A DNA stretch of 64,000 nt from Promethearchaeia archaeon (GTDB lineage: Archaea; Asgardarchaeota; Lokiarchaeia; Sigyniarchaeales; SOKP01), in contig JAWOCD010000039.1 of NCBI GenBank assembly GCA_046483985.1, forward strand, positions 1 to 64,000, in the 5' to 3' direction. The notes under the pieces were generated by a model. That model worked only from the letters and a program-made list of their open reading frames with translations. It was not told the DNA's origin and ran no database searches. Below, in pieces: positions 58,532-64,000 of this stretch. A program made the translations under genes and the position numbers. Position 1 is the stretch's first letter. Every line of letters starts with the position of its first letter.

Positions 58532-60052
58532 TTAGAGTGTACAGTTCATATAGACAGGGTAATGATCACTGTAGGTTCGGTATCCATCGTAAGAATCCTT
58601 CGGAATCTGGCATTCGGTTACATTAATATGTTCGGATATGAAAATAAAGTCTATTCGACTTTTATCTTCTGGGTCTTTTCGTACGTCCCAATCATTTGGG
58701 GACGTAGTATCATACGGCAAATAACCCAATTTACTCTCTTTATATTCCCTATACCCGTCTCGCATCGGTTTTTTATCGCCGGGATTTTCATAATTCTCTA
58801 AGATATCAAAAGATTGACTGTCATTATGCATATTAAAATCACCCATGAGAATCGTTGGTAATCCTCCACTTAGTTCAGTAATTTTTTGGCTTACCAAAAT
58901 TGACGCTTTATTTTGCCAATCATCCGAAAAATCGTAATGGGTATTAAATACGAAAAACTCCTCGCCTTTGCTCTGACCCACTTTGACCTTCAATCGAACC
59001 CATGTAACAACTCTGAAGCAACTCCCTTCCCAGGTATTGGTCGGATAATGCGGAATCTCGGAAAGCCAGAAGGTATCTCCGTCAAGATATTCAAACTTAT
59101 TATTATCGAAAAAGATGGCGCATGCCTCTCCTCCATGCACACCATTATCTCTCCCTTTTCCGGTCCATACATAGTCTCTACTTTCTAAATTGCTGTGGAT
59201 ATATTGAATCTGGAAACTTTTAGCCTCTTGAATCCCAAAGACATCCAAATCAAAACCGTCCAAATAACTAACGAACTCATCTTTCCTGTTAACCCATTGA
59301 TTTGCGGGATCATCTTCAATTCCGGCTCGCCGGATATTATAGGTCATTATTTTCAGATCTGTGATCTCTGAGCTTGTTGGACTTTCTGGAGCGGGCTGGT
59401 GCGTGTTAGGGGTCAACGAAATAATGAAAATGCTTCCGAATAAAATAAAGAACGTCAGTATCGTCACTTTTAGGAGTATTTTAGATCGTGAACTCAATTT
59501 TGGAGGCATCTCGAATATCCCAATGTTTTTATATTTCTTGACTAAAAATATCACCACACCTCCAACTGCTGCAATTTGTAGGGTCCAGCCATAGATCCAC
59601 CATCCCAAGAGAAATGCAAAAAGGAGACCGCCAATCGAATAGAGAACTAAAAGGAATATCTTGAAAAGCAAAAACACCAATATTCCGCTTCTTAGGAGTG
59701 TGGAAGGTTTTATCATTTTCTTCTCTTTGGATTTCTTAATCCCCATTGATTTCCTAACTTTAAGGAGATAGGAGATCGACAACAATACAGAAGCAATTAA
59801 GATCATTCCAAGAATAAAAGTATTAAAGAGACCCGCTATATAAATTAAAATAAGTGGTAAGACTCTTTTTTTCAAGGGCATCTCTACGGTGTTCACATAT
59901 CGATTATATAAGAACCGACTAACCAAAAAGGTACCCAATTCCAAACTTATGAGTATTAAATTAAACAGAATAAACAATCCTTGAGGGAGAAAAAAAGAAA
60001 CTAAAGCATCTTGTAAAGATGGAACAATTGCACCAAATATATCTTTTAACAT
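58532..60052 (-). CDS. Multi-TM protein with C-terminal endonuclease/exonuclease/phosphatase (EEP) domain
   Basis: MTYNIR, GIQEA, NTHYD, MGDFN, RIDFIF, SDHYPV; hydrophobic N-terminal half. Confidence 0.88.
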   Translation of the reverse strand: MLKDIFGAIVPSLQDALVSFFLPQGLFILFNLILISLELGTFLVSRFLYNRYVNTVEMPLKKRVLPLILIYIAGLFNTFILGMILIASVLLSISYLLKVRKSMGIKKSKEKKMIKPSTLLRSGILVFLLFKIFLLVLYSIGGLLFAFLLGWWIYGWTLQIAAVGGVVIFLVKKYKNIGIFEMPPKLSSRSKILLKVTILTFFILFGSIFIISLTPNTHQPAPESPTSSEITDLKIMTYNIRRAGIEDDPANQWVNRKDEFVSYLDGFDLDVFGIQEAKSFQIQYIHSNLESRDYVWTGKGRDNGVHGGEACAIFFDNNKFEYLDGDTFWLSEIPHYPTNTWEGSCFRVVTWVRLKVKVGQSKGEEFFVFNTHYDFSDDWQNKASILVSQKITELSGGLPTILMGDFNMHNDSQSFDILENYENPGDKKPMRDGYREYKESKLGYLPYDTTSPNDWDVRKDPEDKSRIDFIFISEHINVTECQIPKDSYDGYRTYSDHYPVYMNCTL

Positions 60053-60138
60053 CTATAAAATCACATTATAAAATTATAATTAATAAGTTTTAAAATTATT
60101 ATTAATTTTCGCGAAATAATATTTATCTTTAGAACTTT

Positions 60139-60786
60139 TTGATTATTATGGAAAAAATCTTACAAAAATTGAAGAAAAATCCGCTTATTGCGGTCGTGGC
60201 AATTCCTTCCCCTCATCTTGCAGTACCACTTTCAGCTGCCTTATTGCGTGGAGGAGTCAACTGTATTGAAATCACATTCCGAAATGAAAACGCCGCAGAG
60301 GCTCTATATAATATAAGAGATGCCGGAAAAGAAATTATTGTTGGTGCGGGAACCGTACGGACAAAAGAAGATGCTCAAAATGCCATAGACGCTAATGTTG
60401 ATTTTATGGTAAGTCCTGGTTTAAATAAGTCGGTGATTAAATATGTACAAAATAACTCGCCCCTCCCATTTTTTCCAGGTGTGGACTCTACCCTCGGTAT
60501 TGAAACGGCATATAAACTTGGCATAAAAACGCTCAAATATTTTCCAGCAAGCGTTGTTGGTGGCGTTAAATGGCTTAAATCAATGAAAGGTCCGTATTAT
60601 GATATTAATTTTATGCCAACTGGCGGGGTGGGTTTAGATAATTTGGAGGACTATTTACGACTTCCGAATGTACTTGCTTGTGGTGGTTCCTTTTTAGCAC
60701 GCTCTCATCTTATTATAGATGAAAACTGGGCAGAAATTACCCAGACTGCAAAAAAGGCTGTGGAAATTGTGAATAGACTAAGATAG
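60139..60786 (+). CDS. eda: KDPG/KHG aldolase
   Basis: EITFR, GAGTV, VSPG, KYFPA, PTGGV. Confidence 0.92.
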   Translation: MIIMEKILQKLKKNPLIAVVAIPSPHLAVPLSAALLRGGVNCIEITFRNENAAEALYNIRDAGKEIIVGAGTVRTKEDAQNAIDANVDFMVSPGLNKSVIKYVQNNSPLPFFPGVDSTLGIETAYKLGIKTLKYFPASVVGGVKWLKSMKGPYYDINFMPTGGVGLDNLEDYLRLPNVLACGGSFLARSHLIIDENWAEITQTAKKAVEIVNRLR

Positions 60787-60849
60787 AACAAATACTTAGA
60801 GTTAAAATGAATCAAAAATATAATTAAATATAACAGATGTGAATAAAAA

Positions 60850-61887
60850 ATGCCAGATGTAATTGTCACCTTAGGAGAATTATTATTACGACTTAAATCA
60901 CCCGATAGGGAGAGATTTTTTCAGCGTCCTTTATTGGAAGCAACCTTTGGGGGATCAGAGGCAAATGTAGCCATTTCATTAGCTAATTATGGGGTTAACG
61001 CACGATTTGTTACAGCCTTGCCTGATAACCTTATTGGAGATGCAGCGCTCAGATTTGTGAGGTCTATGAACGTGGATACGTCTCAAATCTTGAGACAAGG
61101 TCCCAGAGTTGGAATTTACTATTTGGAAGCTGGTTCCGGTCCTAGAGCCTCTAATGTGATCTATGATAGGGCCCATTCCTCTATTTCTGAGGCGAAACCA
61201 GAAGATTTTGACTGGGATAAAGTGTTCCAGAATGCTTCATGGTTTCATATTAGCGGAATTACCCCAGCCTTATCTCAGAATGCCGCAGATCTTTCAATTG
61301 CAGCAATTAAAGAAGCAAAAGAAAGGGGATTGACCGTCTCAAGCGATCTCAATTATCGAAGTAAATTATGGAAATATGGGAAGAACGCACCCGAAATAAT
61401 GACTCAGATGATTGAATATATTGATGTAGTAATTGGGAATGAGGAAGATGTACAAAAATGTCTGGGTCTTGAATTAGGGCAAGATATAGTGGGAACTGAA
61501 CTCTCTCATGATAAATACGAGAATTTAGCGGAAAAAGTGGTTACTAAGTATCCAAATGTCAAATACGTGGGGACAAGTTTAAGGGAAGCCCATTCGGCGG
61601 ATTATAATGAATGGAGTGCTATGCTCTATCCTCAAAAGTTGGGAAAAGCATTATTTTCAGAAAAATATCAACTCACCGATATAGTTGACAGAGTAGGTGG
61701 TGGAGATTCCTTTGGTGCCGCTTTAATCTATGGATTATTCAAGGAGATGGAGGATCAAGAGGCTTTAGAGTTTGCCGTGGCCGCATCAGCACTTAAACAT
61801 ACGATTCCTGGGGATGTAAATCGAGTTTCGTTAGAAGAAGTGGAAAAGCTTTTGGAAAGCCACGGTTCTGGAAGGATTGAACGCTAA
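60850..61887 (+). CDS. kdgK: 2-keto-3-deoxygluconate kinase (PfkB family)
   Basis: GGSEANVA, SGITPALS, DLNYRSKLW, DRVGGGDSF. Confidence 0.9.
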   Translation: MPDVIVTLGELLLRLKSPDRERFFQRPLLEATFGGSEANVAISLANYGVNARFVTALPDNLIGDAALRFVRSMNVDTSQILRQGPRVGIYYLEAGSGPRASNVIYDRAHSSISEAKPEDFDWDKVFQNASWFHISGITPALSQNAADLSIAAIKEAKERGLTVSSDLNYRSKLWKYGKNAPEIMTQMIEYIDVVIGNEEDVQKCLGLELGQDIVGTELSHDKYENLAEKVVTKYPNVKYVGTSLREAHSADYNEWSAMLYPQKLGKALFSEKYQLTDIVDRVGGGDSFGAALIYGLFKEMEDQEALEFAVAASALKHTIPGDVNRVSLEEVEKLLESHGSGRIER

Positions 61888-61913
61888 AAAATTTTTAAAT
61901 TTGATTATTTTTC

Positions 61914-62471
61914 TTATTTTTCACTTTTTAGATAAAAATAGGTATAAATGGGCTTCTTTTTGGTCTGATGTTTAAGCTTATATTTTTGAGTAAGCAATGA
62001 TTTACAGATAGTAAGAGGATATTTATGTGCAATAAGTATTGCTCCTTTCTTAGCAGTTTTTAAGATATGTGTCATAGACTTCTGCATTGTGGGCAGGGAA
62101 AAGGCATAGATGAAATCATACTTTCTTATGTCATATTCGAACATATCATCGTGTTTGAATTGGATGTAATTGAAATTTCTTTGAGGATACTTCTTTTTAA
62201 TGCGATTAAACGATTCATTTGCTACTTCTATTAAATTATGGTTTATTTCAATTCCCACGGATTTTATATTATAATGGAATCCGACATATAATACAACTCT
62301 TCCATCGCCCGCTCCCAAATCTATAAAGCTCTGGTCAGAATTTTTTTGGAGACCGAAATGATCTTCCAATACGTTGAATATAGGCCTTAAGAACACTTGA
62401 AATGTTTCTTGAAATGGTAGCGCCAGTTGAGAAGTGAATTCCTTAAATTTTTTGTAGTTCTCTTCATCCAT
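61914..62471 (-). CDS. Class I SAM-dependent methyltransferase (possibly protein-lysine type)
   Basis: FIDLGAGDGR, GIEIN, DMF. Confidence 0.8.
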   Translation of the reverse strand: MDEENYKKFKEFTSQLALPFQETFQVFLRPIFNVLEDHFGLQKNSDQSFIDLGAGDGRVVLYVGFHYNIKSVGIEINHNLIEVANESFNRIKKKYPQRNFNYIQFKHDDMFEYDIRKYDFIYAFSLPTMQKSMTHILKTAKKGAILIAHKYPLTICKSLLTQKYKLKHQTKKKPIYTYFYLKSEK

Positions 62472-62697
62472 TTTTCTTGATTTGTTTATATCTTAGGTTT
62501 TTGTTTGAAAATCAATCCGATTCTAAACTATTTAGGTGTTCAGACATGTCTTTATTATTTTCATAAATATTAACGAATTCCTCGAACAATCTATCATAAT
62601 TTTCTCTATTTTCTGGATTTGGCTCAAAAAATCCCCTCCTCCAATTAAATTTTGTTTATAAGAGAAAAGGAAAGTATTAAAGATTAGATGAGGTGAA

Positions 62698-63645
62698 TCA
62701 CAGGAATTCTGTGAGATTTTTATGACCTTCTTCTCTTTTTCTTTTTTCCAAATACCTTCGAACAGCAGGATATTTTTCGGCTAATTCCTCTGGTGAAGGT
62801 TTATAGGTAATATACGGTTTATAAAATTGACCCACACTAACTGATTGTAAATTTTCCTCAATAATTTCTTTTAAATTCTCATTCATCTCAAATCCGTAAA
62901 AATGTCTATAGTTTCCTTTAGCACAAACTGCCGTGGTTCCATTCCCCATGAAAGGATCTAAGATCAAGTCTCCTGGCTTCGAAGAGAAATCAATACATCG
63001 GGTCACCACTTTTTCTGGTAATTTCGTGCTATTCTTTCTCTGCCCGGGTCTGTATTTCCTTGGAAGTTCCCAAACATCTTCGGGGTAATGGATAATTTTA
63101 TTGAAAAAATATTGATCCCCGTCTTTAACAAGAAACAAAATGTGATAATGAGAGGTGACAAATTTTTTCCGGGTAAATACTCCAAATTGATACTTCCAGA
63201 TAATATGGTTTACTAAGGTTAAATCTGTCTTTTTTATCGCCATCAAAACATCTAATAAATTTGTCCAACCCGAGAAAATATATGCAGAACCAGTATTTTT
63301 CATAATTCGGGGTAATTCTTTGATCCAATTAAGAGTAAATTGGTCATAATCCATCTCAACTTCATTGTATCCCTCCACGACAAATTTTTCATCTCTATTA
63401 TATTGCGAACCAATTTTATCAAAATCAATTCCAAACGGGGGATCTGCAATGACTAAATCTATAGAGGAATCAGGAAGATTTTTCATACCTTTAATACAAT
63501 TCTGATAATCAATATGATCCACATTTATATCAAATTCGGCATTATGGTATAACTCTTCCGTTTCCTTTTTATTCCAATCAAAATCGGGTTTGAAGTCCAA
63601 CTGAGCCATTCCCGCCTGGTATTTCTTTTTATGGTCTTCATTCAT
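62698..63645 (-). CDS. Orphan N4-C/N6-A DNA methyltransferase (beta class)
   Basis: Motif IV DPPF precedes motif I LDPFMGNGTT; DVW also present. Confidence 0.88.
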   Translation of the reverse strand: MNEDHKKKYQAGMAQLDFKPDFDWNKKETEELYHNAEFDINVDHIDYQNCIKGMKNLPDSSIDLVIADPPFGIDFDKIGSQYNRDEKFVVEGYNEVEMDYDQFTLNWIKELPRIMKNTGSAYIFSGWTNLLDVLMAIKKTDLTLVNHIIWKYQFGVFTRKKFVTSHYHILFLVKDGDQYFFNKIIHYPEDVWELPRKYRPGQRKNSTKLPEKVVTRCIDFSSKPGDLILDPFMGNGTTAVCAKGNYRHFYGFEMNENLKEIIEENLQSVSVGQFYKPYITYKPSPEELAEKYPAVRRYLEKRKREEGHKNLTEFL

Positions 63646-63798
63646 TATTTTTTAAACGTTCGAATTGTGAATAAGATGAATTTGGATTTAGATTAATTTA
63701 ATTCTCATATTAAGCAATTATTATCATATGATTTTTCAATTTAGCCGAGCCAAGCAAAAAGTTTTCGAGAGGTAAATAATATATTTCTCCTTGAAGGT

Positions 63799-64000
63799 CT
63801 AAATTCGAAATTTAAGGAGAGAATCAAAAAATCCCTCGGGTTTTTCATACCCAAGAAGATTGAGAATTGTTGCTGCGACATTTCCTAATGCTGGTTGTTC
63901 TATATCTTCTCTAATTATGTATTCCCCATCATATTTGGGATCAACGATTGAAAACATCACGGGATTGCACGTATGGGACGTTTCCCATTCTGGAGACATA
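63799..64000 (-). CDS. gpmI: 2,3-bisphosphoglycerate-independent phosphoglycerate mutase, 3' end only
   Basis: TSHTCNPV and LGNVAATILNLLGYEKP C-terminal motifs. Confidence 0.8.
   Translation of the reverse strand, partial: MSPEWETSHTCNPVMFSIVDPKYDGEYIIREDIEQPALGNVAATILNLLGYEKPEGFFDSLLKFRI

Noticed and set aside
1421-63328. Many short antisense or overlapping ORFs in the track (e.g. 1421, 8472, 13662, 21190, 35277, 46380, 49893, 58382)
   Set aside because: They lie within well-supported genes on another frame or strand and show no motifs; treated as shadow ORFs.
1-64000. CRISPR array, rRNA, tRNA, intact transposase or integrase
   Set aside because: No regularly spaced repeats or canonical RNA signatures were seen by eye; short or intron-split RNAs could have been missed.

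Overview
AT-rich archaeal chromosomal window, most likely from an Asgard archaeon of the Lokiarchaeia type. This is inferred from the gene content: Rab-like and MglA-like small GTPases, a gelsolin-domain protein, a longin-like protein, SepRS, archaeal RibL/RibK and WtpABC. It holds about 60 intact CDS, including a translin-sepS-ribL-ribK cluster, a Mo/W-cofactor cluster next to a tungstate ABC transporter, many glycan/lipid/amide hydrolases, and eda-kdgK. An accessory patch at about 18-23.7 kb carries structured non-coding segments, toxin-antitoxin genes and pseudogenes. I found no rRNA, tRNA or CRISPR array. The most notable observations are: (i) three paralogous ~545-aa membrane-anchored proteins of unknown function that share a protein-level-conserved MRIRTR leader and enzyme-like motifs; (ii) a gelsolin domain fused to four transmembrane helices, 11 bp upstream of an inositol-phospholipid synthase; (iii) four IS200/IS605-end-like hairpins with no tnpA/tnpB/iscB in the window, two of them attached to ~300-nt ORF-free segments (one clearly multi-stem); (iv) a Pelota paralog lacking its N-terminal domain; (v) two genes that appear to need an ATT start codon. 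All calls come from reading motifs by eye; no database searches were run.
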